A stretch of 64,000 nt of DNA from the IMG/VR virus record IMGVR_UViG_3300002641_000714. One strand, given 5' to 3'. Every line of letters starts with the position of its first letter. Position 1 is the first letter of the stretch. Made by a program: the position numbers and the translations under genes. The DNA is from a virus (Duplodnaviria > Heunggongvirae > Uroviricota > Caudoviricetes). The notes below the pieces were generated by a model. That model was not told where the DNA came from. It saw only the letters and a list, made by a program, of their open reading frames with translations, and searched no databases. This document shows, in pieces, positions 1 through 9,994 of the stretch.

Positions 1-1914
1 TTTGGCAGTCATGGTTTAAAAGATGGTGAACCTGCAACATTTATGACTGTTAACGGTTTATCTGAAGAAGACGTTTTAGAAATTCTTCAAGAGTTCTTAG
101 ATAATTCTGATACATGTAATGATGCTGAAGCATATATTATAAATAGTGAAGATATATATCTTAATGATAAAGACGGAGAACCTATTGATTATCCACCATA
201 TGATGATATTGAATCTGAAAAAGATTTTCCAGAATATGAAGATATTGAAACTGATGACTTAGATCCTGAAGAAGATGTATTAAATGATGACTTTTTATTA
301 AATGAAGGAGAAGATATTCTTGAAGATGCTCAAGAAGAACTTAGAGGTTTATTATCTAATTTAGGAGAAAATGACAATATCACATTTGATAATGATGTTG
401 AATTAGAGGATTATACAGTTATTTCTATTGAAGCTAATGGTGATATGGAAACTGCAGACGGAGATATTATTAATGCTTTTGATTTAACAGATGCTGATGA
501 TATTTTTACATTATGTGATGTTGTTAAAGATGAATTAGATAATGAAGCTGCATATCCTGATTATGATGATGTTGATGACAAAGAAGATGAACTTCCGAGA
601 TTTGAAAAAATTCATAAAGGACGTCATCTTGATGAAAAGAAAAAGAATAATTGCTGTCCTGGGACAAAAACTGTTAATGAGTCAGCGATTGATACTGTTT
701 TAGCCGATCTTGATGCTAAAATATTAAATGAAGCTAAAGAAGAAGAAAAGAAAAATCAAAAAGAGCTTGAAAAGAAAACTCTTAAGGCATTAACAGAAAA
801 CAAACATTCATTACATGAAAATGTAAGATATAATGGCAAATTATTTGCTAAAATGACTCTTAAAGAATTAAAATCTATTTATGAAACTGTTAAAGCTTCT
901 ATAGATGCATTATCTGAAAGAGCGTTAAATGAAAGTGTAGTAGATACCAAAATGGTAGAAACTATAAACAAAAAGAAACAACTTCTTGAATTCTTAGATG
1001 AAGAAATCACATATAGAACTACCAGAATAGAATGTTTAAACAAACTTAATGAAGATGGCGCTGAGATTTCTGATGAAGAACTTGCTAATTTATTTGGTCC
1101 TGCTCAAGGAGAGGATGAAGCACCTGCAGATAATGGAGGTGATGACGCCAAGAGTGAGACTTCAAATGAAGAAGGAGAAGAGAATAAAGAAGGTAACGAA
1201 GATGAAAATAATGAAGAAAGTGAAGAGGTTGAATTATCTCGTATTGAAATAACATTAAAAGATGCAGAAGCAGCTAATGATTTGAAGCAAGCTTGTTTAG
1301 ATGCAGATATTCCAGAAGATGCATTTGAATTAGAAAATGTAGAGGATGATACATTTGAAGAAGGCGAAGAAAATTCTGAGAAAGAAAATTCTGAGGAAAG
1401 TTCTGAAAAATCAAGTGAAGAAACCACTGATGAAGAAAATTCAGAAGAAGGCACTAATGAATCTTATGAATTTGCCAAATATGTAAAAATGTTAGGTGAA
1501 GGTGAAGTTGCCGATGAACAACCTGCAGATGATGCAGCCGGTGAAGAAGGTGGTGAAGAAGAGAATGGTGCAGAGAATGCAGACGGTGAAGGTGACAAAG
1601 AAAACACTAAAGAAAACTCTGAAGAAGAGGAAGAAGATAAACAACCTAAATTCATTTTAACTAATACTGATTATGCTAGCAAATTGGCCAAAGTATTAGA
1701 AGATGTATATGGAATTTCTAAAGAAGAATTTGAAGATATGATTGGTGGAGAAATCGTCGAAGAAGAACCTAAAGAGGATGAAGAAAATTCAGATAAAGAA
1801 GGTTCTGAAAATTCAGAAGAATCTAAAGGTGAAGAATCTAAAGAGGATTCTGGAGAAAAGAAAGATGATGAAGAGGATGAACTCGATCCATCAGACTTAT
1901 TTAAGAATCTATAA
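1..1914 (+). CDS. Extremely acidic D/E-rich protein (5' partial; the frame is open from the window start)
   Basis: The frame is open from nt 1 (FGSHGLKDGEPATF precedes the first ATG at 43). Long runs of D/E (EEEE, DDD) and repeated SEE/EEN blocks; stop TAA at 1912-1914. The antisense Ser-rich ORFs within it are artefacts of the GAA/GAT repeats. Confidence 0.6.
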   Translation, partial: FGSHGLKDGEPATFMTVNGLSEEDVLEILQEFLDNSDTCNDAEAYIINSEDIYLNDKDGEPIDYPPYDDIESEKDFPEYEDIETDDLDPEEDVLNDDFLLNEGEDILEDAQEELRGLLSNLGENDNITFDNDVELEDYTVISIEANGDMETADGDIINAFDLTDADDIFTLCDVVKDELDNEAAYPDYDDVDDKEDELPRFEKIHKGRHLDEKKKNNCCPGTKTVNESAIDTVLADLDAKILNEAKEEEKKNQKELEKKTLKALTENKHSLHENVRYNGKLFAKMTLKELKSIYETVKASIDALSERALNESVVDTKMVETINKKKQLLEFLDEEITYRTTRIECLNKLNEDGAEISDEELANLFGPAQGEDEAPADNGGDDAKSETSNEEGEENKEGNEDENNEESEEVELSRIEITLKDAEAANDLKQACLDADIPEDAFELENVEDDTFEEGEENSEKENSEESSEKSSEETTDEENSEEGTNESYEFAKYVKMLGEGEVADEQPADDAAGEEGGEEENGAENADGEGDKENTKENSEEEEEDKQPKFILTNTDYASKLAKVLEDVYGISKEEFEDMIGGEIVEEEPKEDEENSDKEGSENSEESKGEESKEDSGEKKDDEEDELDPSDLFKNL

Positions 1915-1935
1915 TACATGAAAAACTAATAAGCG

Positions 1936-1968
1936 CACTGGATTTCAGTCCAGTGTTTGCTCGTTTTT
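1936..1968 (+). terminator. Rho-independent terminator after the acidic-protein gene
   Basis: 7-bp GC-containing stem cactgga (1936-1942) pairs with tccagtg (1949-1955) around a 6-nt loop, followed by the T-run tttgctcgttttt. Confidence 0.55.
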
Positions 1969-2105
1969 CAATTAGTTTTCATTTTTGTGGAGGAATGGCT
2001 TGTGAAAGTCGTTCCTTTTTATTATAAAACAATTAAATAAATTTATTTTATAATATATATAATTTTTGTAATAAATAAGAAGAAAAATGAAAACTAATTA
2101 AAATA

Positions 2106-2294
2106 ATGCAATTATCTGAAATATGTAATAATATTAAAGAACATATTATATCGTGGTATAATATGTTAATTGATTATTTTAAAAAGTTAACATCTAAAAA
2201 ATCAGAAATAAATAATCAAAATGTTGACCAAAATATTCATATTATTAAATATAAGGTAACACATGTTAAGATAAAGAAGAAAAATGAAAACTAA
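2106..2294 (+). CDS. Small hypothetical ORF (uncertain)
   Basis: 62-codon ORF ending TAA. Its start is preceded by the same 22-nt element (aagaagaaaaatgaaaactaat) that precedes the 2301 gene, so it may be a small leader gene or may be spurious. Confidence 0.25.
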   Translation: MQLSEICNNIKEHIISWYNMLIDYFKKLTSKKSEINNQNVDQNIHIIKYKVTHVKIKKKNEN

Positions 2295-2300
2295 TATATT

Positions 2301-3389
2301 ATGGCACAAATTAGATTTTTTCAACACTTAAATGAACAAGATGACAATTTTCAAAAAGTAACAACTTTGGATTATATTGATAATTCAGAAGGTTTTACTA
2401 TGTATTATTTTAAAGATGGCTCAAGATGTAATAAACAATATATTGCACCAGTAAATGCAAATTCGATTGAAGGTTATGAATTTGCTGAAGTTTCAAGTCA
2501 ATATAATATTTGGAAATTAAATTATGTAGTTCCTAAGATAGAAAAAACAAGAACTGCAACAAATGCACAAGGTGAAATAGTTGAAGCACCGACATGGGAA
2601 GAACTTACACAGAGTACCGCTGTCAGAAAACCACGAATTGATGTAATAGGAAAGCCATCAAAGATAGAAAATTATAAAGCTCCTGATGATAGTGAATATT
2701 TTTTTGATTATGATACATATACTGCACAAAAACAAAAAACAGCAGATGTAAAAGAATCTAAATCATTTGATTTTAATAATAATACTACTATAGAAGCACC
2801 TAAACCCGCATCTAAATTTGAAGTTGTAAAAGATACAGATGTAATTTCATATGCTTATAGTTTAGATAAAAATGGAGTATTGCATATTAATGCTGATGAA
2901 TTTTTAAGAAATATTAAATCAGTTCAAATAGAAATTGGCGGAACTGCATGTGAATTATCTACTGAAGATTTTATTGAAAATGCCATTACGCCAAAAGAAG
3001 AAAAAGTAGTTGAAAAAGTAGTTGAAAAAGAAGTATTGGTTAAAACTTCTGATACTGATATTGATCTCGGTGTAAATAATGATCAAAAATCTCTTATTGA
3101 TAATATGATCAATATGTCTAATAAATCAGAATATTCTATTGGCATTGAATTTACATTAAATCTTCCGCCATCTTCAATTTATAAACTAATTAAAACTGCA
3201 TATCCTGAAGAAATGTCTAAAGGTTTTATTAATATTTTAGCAAATAGAATGCAAGTTAAAGAACTTAAAACCTCTGTTGCTGACGGTTTATTAGCTTTTT
3301 ATGATGAAGATATTAATGAAAATCCTTCTATTCAAGAAGAGAATTCAAAAAATAGTGATAAAAAAACCGGGCGTCCAAAAAAAGCATAA
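2301..3389 (+). CDS. Hypothetical protein with a C-terminal basic AT-hook-like tail (KKTGRPKKA)
   Basis: Uninterrupted 362-aa ORF with non-repetitive composition, TAA stop, and no in-frame TAG. Confidence 0.6.
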   Translation: MAQIRFFQHLNEQDDNFQKVTTLDYIDNSEGFTMYYFKDGSRCNKQYIAPVNANSIEGYEFAEVSSQYNIWKLNYVVPKIEKTRTATNAQGEIVEAPTWEELTQSTAVRKPRIDVIGKPSKIENYKAPDDSEYFFDYDTYTAQKQKTADVKESKSFDFNNNTTIEAPKPASKFEVVKDTDVISYAYSLDKNGVLHINADEFLRNIKSVQIEIGGTACELSTEDFIENAITPKEEKVVEKVVEKEVLVKTSDTDIDLGVNNDQKSLIDNMINMSNKSEYSIGIEFTLNLPPSSIYKLIKTAYPEEMSKGFINILANRMQVKELKTSVADGLLAFYDEDINENPSIQEENSKNSDKKTGRPKKA

Positions 3390-3454
3390 CTTAATTAAAT
3401 CTTATAAATATTTAAAAATAATTTGTATCTATAATATTAATGGGAACAATATAT

Positions 3455-3910
3455 ATGACATCTGATAGTGAAACCAAATTGCGATCAATATATTCAAATT
3501 TAAAAAATTATTATATATTAGATGTATAGTCTTTTATAAAAAGTTTAAATTTAGATATGTCAAAAGCAAGTAGTATTTTTATTATCAATGATGAAATTTA
3601 GTCATTAATGACATAGCAATTAAATCTTAAAAAATATAAAGGTGTTATATATATTAATAAACATTTATCAAAAGATTTATTTAATTCTTTTAAATATCAA
3701 TTTAAAAAGGATGGTAATGATATTAGAATAGTACTTATTGATAATGGACAGTTTCCAAAACATTAGGATATAATGGATGTTTTTGATGAAGTTATTTTTT
3801 ATGACAGATTTAAGAAAAATAAAATTGTAGAATTTAATGGATTTGAAAAAAATTCTAATGATATTATTAATAGTATAGATATGGATGAAAATAATTTGTA
3901 TAATGAATAA
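3455..3910 (+). CDS. Hypothetical protein whose gene contains 5 in-frame TAG codons (read as Gln)
   Basis: ATG at 3455. A 152-codon frame with no TAA or TGA but 5 TAGs (3527, 3599, 3614, 3764 and one more). Translation is protein-like (MTSDSETKLRSIYSNLKNYYILDVQSF...). The TAA stop overlaps the next ATG (taATGg at 3908-3912). Missed by the standard-code ORF track. Confidence 0.55.
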
Positions 3911-5304
3911 TGGAAGATGATATATCAATTGGTAGTTTAGACACATTAAATAGTTTACAATCACTAGAAGAACAACAAGATATTTAGCCGGATTTATCAA
4001 AAGTTTAGGAATTACTTGCTAATATTAATACAAATGTTGAATAGGTTAAAGGTATTTCATTTAACCCAGATGGTTCATATGTTGTTAAACAAAGTAAAAC
4101 TCTTCGACAATTAATGGCGATGGTTCAGCAATGGTGGCATATGGTTTGTAATTTAAAAAATATTGATTTTTCTGATTTAAATAATTATGTTGAAGAACAG
4201 CCTGAAGAAAATGGAACAGTTTCTATTAATGCAATGGTTTATATGAATGCTGCTTTTGATATGTATGGTCGTGCATATAGACAAGGTATGGTATGCCCAA
4301 TATGCGGAAAGAAAGCAAGATATTTACCGCCGGGTGGATATTGCTCTACAAAATGTTTACTTCAGGCTGCCAAAAATAAATCACTTGCATTTTTAATGGC
4401 ACCTAATGAAAAATATAAAAGTTTATAGCAAACAGTTAATCAATTATACGGCATTTTAAAACATACGAATTTAATTATTAATGCATTAGTAATGATTCCA
4501 GATATTATTAGAGAATTGGGGTCATTTCCAATTGAATATCGAAATTTTGTTCAATGCAAAATTGCTGAAGGTTTTACAGATTTACAATGTTTAATATAGG
4601 AAGCAATGGTTTATAAAACACAATTATTGCAAAAAATGTTAAAACCCGTTATGACTGGTGTTATTGCAAAACCTGTAGCAACAGGAATGCAAACAATTAA
4701 TTTAATTGTACAATCATTACAAATTGCATAGGAGGCTTTTTAGATTGCATATGACACTATTAAAATTATTATAGATAGATTATCTATTCCAGAAATAGCA
4801 CCGGGATTGGTTATTCCCGCATAGTCACATGCATGGGCATTAACACCTAGATCATTTATTTGCCCTACATTTCCGCCAACGGGAACACCTGATTTAGGTA
4901 AAATATTTGTTATTTTACCAGGCGCAATGAAAAGTCCGCTATACCCTTCATCATTACAAAGTATTAATACATAGTCAATTGATGAAATTGTATAGAAATT
5001 ATTTCCACCATTAACACCAGCTGATTATTATTTAGAACCTGAATTATTCCAAATACGATATTTATTTAGTGATCAAAGCGATTTGGTATCATCTGTAATA
5101 TAGCAATTAGAAGATTTATTAAGATTTGGCCCAGATTATATTCCGGCTTTTGAAAATTTATTACCTGTTAAAGCATATACTGTTAATGGTGATAATGTAT
5201 ATCTTCCAAATGTCGCTTATATATGGTTTGTTTTAGGCCTACTTGATTCGTGGGCACCACATAGTATGGCATTAGTTGGAAATATATTTAATCCAACTGC
5301 ATAA
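3910..5304 (+). CDS. Hypothetical protein (464 aa) with a CxxC...C zinc-ribbon-like segment and 13 in-frame TAG codons
   Basis: I translated it by hand from ATG 3910 to TAA 5302-5304 in one frame. The track's ORF 4114..4428 is an internal fragment bounded by TAGs. There is a TGA stop immediately upstream (3904-3906). Contains GMVCPICGKKARYLPPGGYCSTKC. Confidence 0.6.
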
Positions 5305-5306
5305 AT

Positions 5307-5337
5307 AAAAAGCTAGTAATATTTTTACTAGCTTTTT
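5307..5337. terminator. Bidirectional terminator hairpin between convergent genes
   Basis: Perfect 13-bp stem aaaaagctagtaa / ttactagcttttt around the loop tattt. It lies between the plus gene ending at 5304 and the minus gene ending at 5361. Confidence 0.6.
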
Positions 5338-5360
5338 ATAACTTATTGTAAATCAATTAG

Positions 5361-5690
5361 TTAATAACCAAGTTCAGCGCCAAGTGCCCCCATCACCAAT
5401 GAAGAAGTTAATAATTTTCCAAGAGTTCCATTTTGATCAATACCAAGTATTTTACAAATAGCTCTCATAATTGCTGGGCCTATAGTAGAACCGGCGACAC
5501 CACCAAGTAAAGCAGTAAATAAACCTTCATCCATTATGTCATCAAGTGATTTTCCTTCTTCTTGTGCAATTGCTGCTGATTCAACAATATAATTAAATAA
5601 TTTTTTTGCATTTTGCACTTCTTTAACAGAAACACTTTTTAAATCAACTCCTTCGAATAACTCATTAGTTGCATGTGAATGCTATATCAT
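5361..5690 (-). CDS. Small glycine-zipper membrane protein (1 in-frame TAG)
   Basis: The track ORF 5361..5618 starts at a GTG. The frame stays open upstream through one TAG to an ATG at 5688-5690. C-terminal GLFTALLGGVAGSTIGPAIM...MGALGAELGY is glycine-zipper-like. Confidence 0.45.
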
Positions 5691-5720
5691 AATAAAATAT
5701 ATTATTTTTATTATTTATTT

Positions 5721-5885
5721 TCAAAACAAACCCTTCTTAGATTTAGTTTTTGTTCCAATAATTGTGATTTTCTTTGTTGGTTCTTTTTGTTCTGCCTTTA
5801 TAATTAATGATGGTGCAGATTTTAATTCTAGATTTTTATGTCCGCATCCAGGGCAGAATGTTGCTATTTTCGGAGATAATTTCAT
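5721..5885 (-). CDS. Small zinc-ribbon protein (54 aa)
   Basis: ATG at 5883-5885 and TGA at 5721-5723. Contains CPGCGH. It falls below the track's length cutoff. Confidence 0.4.
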   Translation of the reverse strand: MKLSPKIATFCPGCGHKNLELKSAPSLIIKAEQKEPTKKITIIGTKTKSKKGLF

Positions 5886-6284
5886 TTATTTTTTTATTTG
5901 GTTTATATTATCTAAAGTAAATTTCTTTAGTTTGAATTCATTTGCACCTTTAACAGATGCATTGAATATATAACTATTATTATCAAATTTATGAACTACA
6001 CAGCCTTCATATATTTGTCCGTCTTTTAGTGATTCCCATAAATAAACCGGACGAAGTTGTTCAGCATCAATACCTAAATCCAAATCAAGATTTTTTGTAT
6101 TTATAGTTCTTCTAATTTGATAATATGTTTTTTCTGCTTCTTTTTGAATTTTTTCTTCTTCTTGCTCTTCAGCTTCATCTGCGATATCTTGTTCTTCTTG
6201 TGCTTCTTCTTCTAAATCTTGAATATACATTTCTCGCTCAATATCTCTATTATCGATATCGTATGTTATATCATCTACTACCAT
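5886..6284 (-). CDS. Hypothetical acidic protein
   Basis: 132-aa ORF with a TAA stop and an acidic EEEAQEEQD stretch. Confidence 0.55.
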   Translation of the reverse strand: MVVDDITYDIDNRDIEREMYIQDLEEEAQEEQDIADEAEEQEEEKIQKEAEKTYYQIRRTINTKNLDLDLGIDAEQLRPVYLWESLKDGQIYEGCVVHKFDNNSYIFNASVKGANEFKLKKFTLDNINQIKK

Positions 6285-6335
6285 TTCTTTCTTATTATAA
6301 TTTTTTTTACTATTTATTAAAAATATTTTTAAAAA

Positions 6336-7109
6336 TTATTCACTGAATTTTTCATGCCAATATTCATGACTTGACTTGTAAAATTCATACATATTTTGTG
6401 TATTATAATCAATATTGTCATTTTGTTTATCACGAATATCAGATGGGTTAACATCTTTGTCTTCTTGAATAACTAAAGGAATTGTGCATATATATGTATT
6501 TAGTTCTGGTTTGTCAATCGGTGCACAATATAAAGGTCCATCAGCAACCCAGAAAAATTTGTCAATAAACTCAAGATAATATTCCATACCTTTACGAGAA
6601 AGTGCATACATGGAGGCATTCCATATTGGAACATGTGGATGTTTTACCCAATATTCATCTTTATGATTTAAAACCTCCTCTACTATTCGTTCATCTACAG
6701 TAAAACCACCAAATTGAAGAATATCAAAATCACTAGGAATATTATCTAAATATTTTTCCCACAGTTTTTTATCTTCAATAAAAAGAATATCATCTTCCAT
6801 TATTAAACAATATTGATAGCCTTGATCATATGCTTGCTTTATCATAGAATAATGATTATGTGTACAATCATATTCATTAGGCTTTGTTAATCGCCCTAAT
6901 TTATTTTGATTGAGAACGTGCATCATTACAGTATTATATTTCTTAAATGGAACAGTTGTTCTAATATCAAGATCAGATTGTCTAAAATTATTAGGCAATC
7001 CGAAATCAAATAATTGTTGAATCATTTTATATCGTCTATCTCCTCGAGTTGAAAGATTCAACATAAAAATATGTTTGAATTTCTTTTTAAGTTTTTCAAA
7101 TATTTTCAT
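6336..7109 (-). CDS. Glycosyltransferase family 25-like protein
   Basis: The N-terminal HIFMLNLSTRGDRRYKMIQQL resembles the GT25 (LPS glycosyltransferase) signature VINLxRSxDRR. Has a DD motif (IMEDDILF). TAA stop. Confidence 0.5.
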   Translation of the reverse strand: MKIFEKLKKKFKHIFMLNLSTRGDRRYKMIQQLFDFGLPNNFRQSDLDIRTTVPFKKYNTVMMHVLNQNKLGRLTKPNEYDCTHNHYSMIKQAYDQGYQYCLIMEDDILFIEDKKLWEKYLDNIPSDFDILQFGGFTVDERIVEEVLNHKDEYWVKHPHVPIWNASMYALSRKGMEYYLEFIDKFFWVADGPLYCAPIDKPELNTYICTIPLVIQEDKDVNPSDIRDKQNDNIDYNTQNMYEFYKSSHEYWHEKFSE

Positions 7110-7260
7110 TTTATAAACAAATTAAAAATTTTTAATTATATGGTTTTAATATAAAAAGTTTCTTAAATTCAAATAAATCATTTTTAAGAGACTTTTTTAT
7201 TGTTTTAATGATTTATATATTTTATATATTTTAACTCACCAGAAGTCAAATAAATAAGCT

Positions 7261-8337
7261 CTAATCAAATAATTCATTATTTAATGCTTCTGCACATTCT
7301 TGTATAATTTTTAAACCATATTTTCCAAGTTCGGTTACTATCTCATATGCTTCCTGAATTTGTTCTTTTCTAGGATTATATGCTCTGTATCCCATTGACA
7401 TAATTTTTTCTTCATTCGTCATATCATCAGATATTTTGGTATCCATAATAAGTTTCATATGATCCAAACCATACTTATTAACTAATGCATTCCATTGGGA
7501 TTCTGTAAATACACGAGTGCTGCTATTGTATAATGGGTGGTTTGTATAATATTGAATACCATAAGGAACTTTTGTTGTATTTTTACCATTAGTAACAATA
7601 AAGCATATACACAAATTATACCAATCGATTGACACATCTTTAATAGTCCATTTTGCATATACATCGGTATAATTAATCTTTTCGCCGGTATTCATATCAT
7701 TTATAAATGTAGGGTAATAAAACTTATTTCGCTCGGTAAATAAACAACGGCATTTATTAGTGGCAAATACTAATTTAGAGCCTCTAAGAGATACACAATA
7801 TTCAAGATGTTTCTCCACAATAAACGGAAAATCCATAAACATATCAAAACAAATTTCGCTATCACCATATGCATGATATATGAATTTCAATTTATCACCG
7901 GTATTAAGATCTACCAAATGAAATACCCATGTATATTTATAACTTTTAGGATGATATGACATTACTTTCATTACATAAAAACGGTGTGCTTCTATGTGGC
8001 GTTTATGTGTCCCTAACAATTTGCTATCTCTATAATCAGAATAATCAGATTTATAATTATAATATGAATTATATTCAGACGTTTCATTATCATTAAAGGA
8101 ATAGTCTTTAAACCAATGATATAATTCACAACTTAAATCACCAGATTCATAACGGGAACGAGTAATAGGTAAAAGATATAATATCTCACCTTCGTATGCT
8201 TTAGCATTTTCAAATTGGTAATTGCATGTTTCATCAAAATCTGCATTAGCAAATACTGCAATTGAACTAATAATAATTGATAAGATAATAACTAACCGTT
8301 TCATTATGATTCCTCCTATTTTTAATTTAATATGCAA
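7261..8337 (-). CDS. Secreted hypothetical protein with a signal peptide
   Basis: Internal MKRLVIILSIIISSIAVFA looks like a signal peptide, so the true start is likely near 8304. The stop is TAG (7261-7263). If TAG is read through, there are 5 extra codons to a TGA at 7246. Confidence 0.55.
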   Translation of the reverse strand: MHIKLKIGGIIMKRLVIILSIIISSIAVFANADFDETCNYQFENAKAYEGEILYLLPITRSRYESGDLSCELYHWFKDYSFNDNETSEYNSYYNYKSDYSDYRDSKLLGTHKRHIEAHRFYVMKVMSYHPKSYKYTWVFHLVDLNTGDKLKFIYHAYGDSEICFDMFMDFPFIVEKHLEYCVSLRGSKLVFATNKCRCLFTERNKFYYPTFINDMNTGEKINYTDVYAKWTIKDVSIDWYNLCICFIVTNGKNTTKVPYGIQYYTNHPLYNSSTRVFTESQWNALVNKYGLDHMKLIMDTKISDDMTNEEKIMSMGYRAYNPRKEQIQEAYEIVTELGKYGLKIIQECAEALNNELFD

Positions 8338-8372
8338 AATTAATACTTTTTATTTAAAAGAAAAAATAGAAG
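8320..8372 (-). promoter_or_regulatory. Conserved early/middle promoter-like motif (partial instance)
   Basis: Contains ...gcaaaattaatactttttatttaaaag-aaaaaatagaagc, a member of the ~55-nt family described in the findings. It sits immediately upstream of the 7261..8337 gene. Confidence 0.4.
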
Positions 8373-8418
8373 CTAATTTTTTATTAACTTCTATTATTTT
8401 CTAATATTTGATATCTAA

Positions 8419-9636
8419 TTATTGTACTTTTTCAAGTTCATAGCTGAAAAAAGCTTTATACTTAAAAACCCCATATACAACTTTATAAAGTTTTCTGGTT
8501 TTTCCATCATTAGATCTAGTGTCCAAAATCTCTGCAACACATCCTTTAATACCCATTGATTTAATATATACTAAATCACCTATTTTGAATTTAGCTTTAC
8601 CTGAACGCGGTTCACTTGGAACTTTATCTTCTTTACGGAACTCACAGAATTGAATTGGATTTGTTTTCTTTGGTTTTTCTTTTGCTACTTCAATAGGCTT
8701 CTCATCAAAAATCTGATTACCAAGAATATCCATTACTGAATTAAATTTCAATCGTCCTTCAGCTTCCTCATTCAAAATCTCATAAATATCACAAAATTGT
8801 TCAAATGTAATATCAAATGATTTATTTGTATCAAGTGTCAATTTAATAATATTTACAGTATATCGAGATTTTCCATTTCTTTTACGGTGTTTCAAAAGAA
8901 CCGCATATTCATCTGTAAGTTGTTTATATAATGCAAAATCCTTTTCATTTTTTACATATTCGGGTTTTTGTTTAGGAATATTAACATTATCTAATTCTTT
9001 AATAAGCCGTTCAAATCCAGATTTTGTACAATCTTTTAATTTATTAACTGTGCTTTTAACTGTTTCTTTTGAATCATCTACAGTATTTTTAAAAGCATCA
9101 ATTAATTGGCTGATATCTTTATCAAAATATTTGCGTTCTTTGCAGGTATTAAATTTATCTTGCAACCATTTAAAATCGAAATTACGATTAAATTTAGTAT
9201 CTGGAAAATACTCACTAATGTACTCACTAACAGTTTCAGCATATTTATCTATGCTATCGATAAATGCCATTTCTTTTCCAGCAAGAATAGCCATATTATA
9301 ATCAGAATAAATGAATAAATCATGTTTACCTTCATATAGTAATATTCCATTAATATTATTTTTATACACTTTAATATATGTATGTTCTAAACGTTCACAT
9401 TTACTATTCATCATATCCAATGATATATAAACCTTTACAGGTGTATTTGGATGAGATTTACTAGCAGCATAACCAACCAGCATTTTAACTTTGGTGTCAT
9501 GAATAAACATATCATACTGAAGCTTTTTATAGTCTTCTTTATTTAATGTATTTCCATGATAAAAACCTTTATTTTCATCATATACAACAACATAATCCGG
9601 TTGCATTAACATTTTCTCTAAATATTTGTTACTCAT
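8419..9636 (-). CDS. Hypothetical protein
   Basis: 405-aa uninterrupted ORF with a TAA stop. Confidence 0.6.
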   Translation of the reverse strand: MSNKYLEKMLMQPDYVVVYDENKGFYHGNTLNKEDYKKLQYDMFIHDTKVKMLVGYAASKSHPNTPVKVYISLDMMNSKCERLEHTYIKVYKNNINGILLYEGKHDLFIYSDYNMAILAGKEMAFIDSIDKYAETVSEYISEYFPDTKFNRNFDFKWLQDKFNTCKERKYFDKDISQLIDAFKNTVDDSKETVKSTVNKLKDCTKSGFERLIKELDNVNIPKQKPEYVKNEKDFALYKQLTDEYAVLLKHRKRNGKSRYTVNIIKLTLDTNKSFDITFEQFCDIYEILNEEAEGRLKFNSVMDILGNQIFDEKPIEVAKEKPKKTNPIQFCEFRKEDKVPSEPRSGKAKFKIGDLVYIKSMGIKGCVAEILDTRSNDGKTRKLYKVVYGVFKYKAFFSYELEKVQ

Positions 9637-9656
9637 AATTTATATAATTTTAATTA

Positions 9657-9932
9657 TTATTTCTTTTTCTTATCTGTCCATGTCCATGTAGCGCAATGCT
9701 TCATAATTTCAGGATCAATATCTCTAAAATCATTAAAATCAATTTCAGAAATAGGCATTTTAAGACCGGTTCCCATGTAATTACAACTAATCCATGCATA
9801 ATCTGGATCTGTATTATATGTATTAACACAAATAGGGTGTGAGATTGGTTTTCCCATTTCTTTCAACTTACTTACAATCTTTTCATAAGTCGGATTCGCT
9901 TCTTCTTTTACTGTTTTTGCCATAATTTTCAA
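9657..9932 (-). CDS. Hypothetical protein
   Basis: 91-aa ORF with a TAA stop. The early promoter-like motif lies upstream at 9947-9989. Confidence 0.5.
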   Translation of the reverse strand: MKIMAKTVKEEANPTYEKIVSKLKEMGKPISHPICVNTYNTDPDYAWISCNYMGTGLKMPISEIDFNDFRDIDPEIMKHCATWTWTDKKKK

Positions 9933-9994
9933 TATTTTAATTTAACAATACAAAATTAATACCTTATAATTAAACTAAAAAATAGAAGCTTTAA

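Noticed and set aside
1104-1919. Ser-rich minus-strand ORFs (1104..1454, 1464..1655, 1671..1919) inside the acidic-protein gene
   Set aside because: They are the reverse complement of GAA/GAT/GAG repeats, which reads as Ser/Phe-rich low complexity. They are fully nested antisense to a convincing plus-strand gene.
3677-4000. Minus-strand ORF 3677..4000 (I/L/F/N/K-rich)
   Set aside because: Typical AT-rich antisense artefact. It overlaps the plus-strand genes 3455..3910 and 3910..5304, which are better supported once TAG is read as sense.
7246-7263. Treating the TAG stops of early genes 7261, 10702 and 28743 as sense codons and extending those genes
   Set aside because: The extensions are only 2-5 codons before TAA or TGA, and 10702 has TAG TAG. 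It is more economical to treat TAG as a terminator for early genes. They are left with their track coordinates, and the ambiguity is noted.
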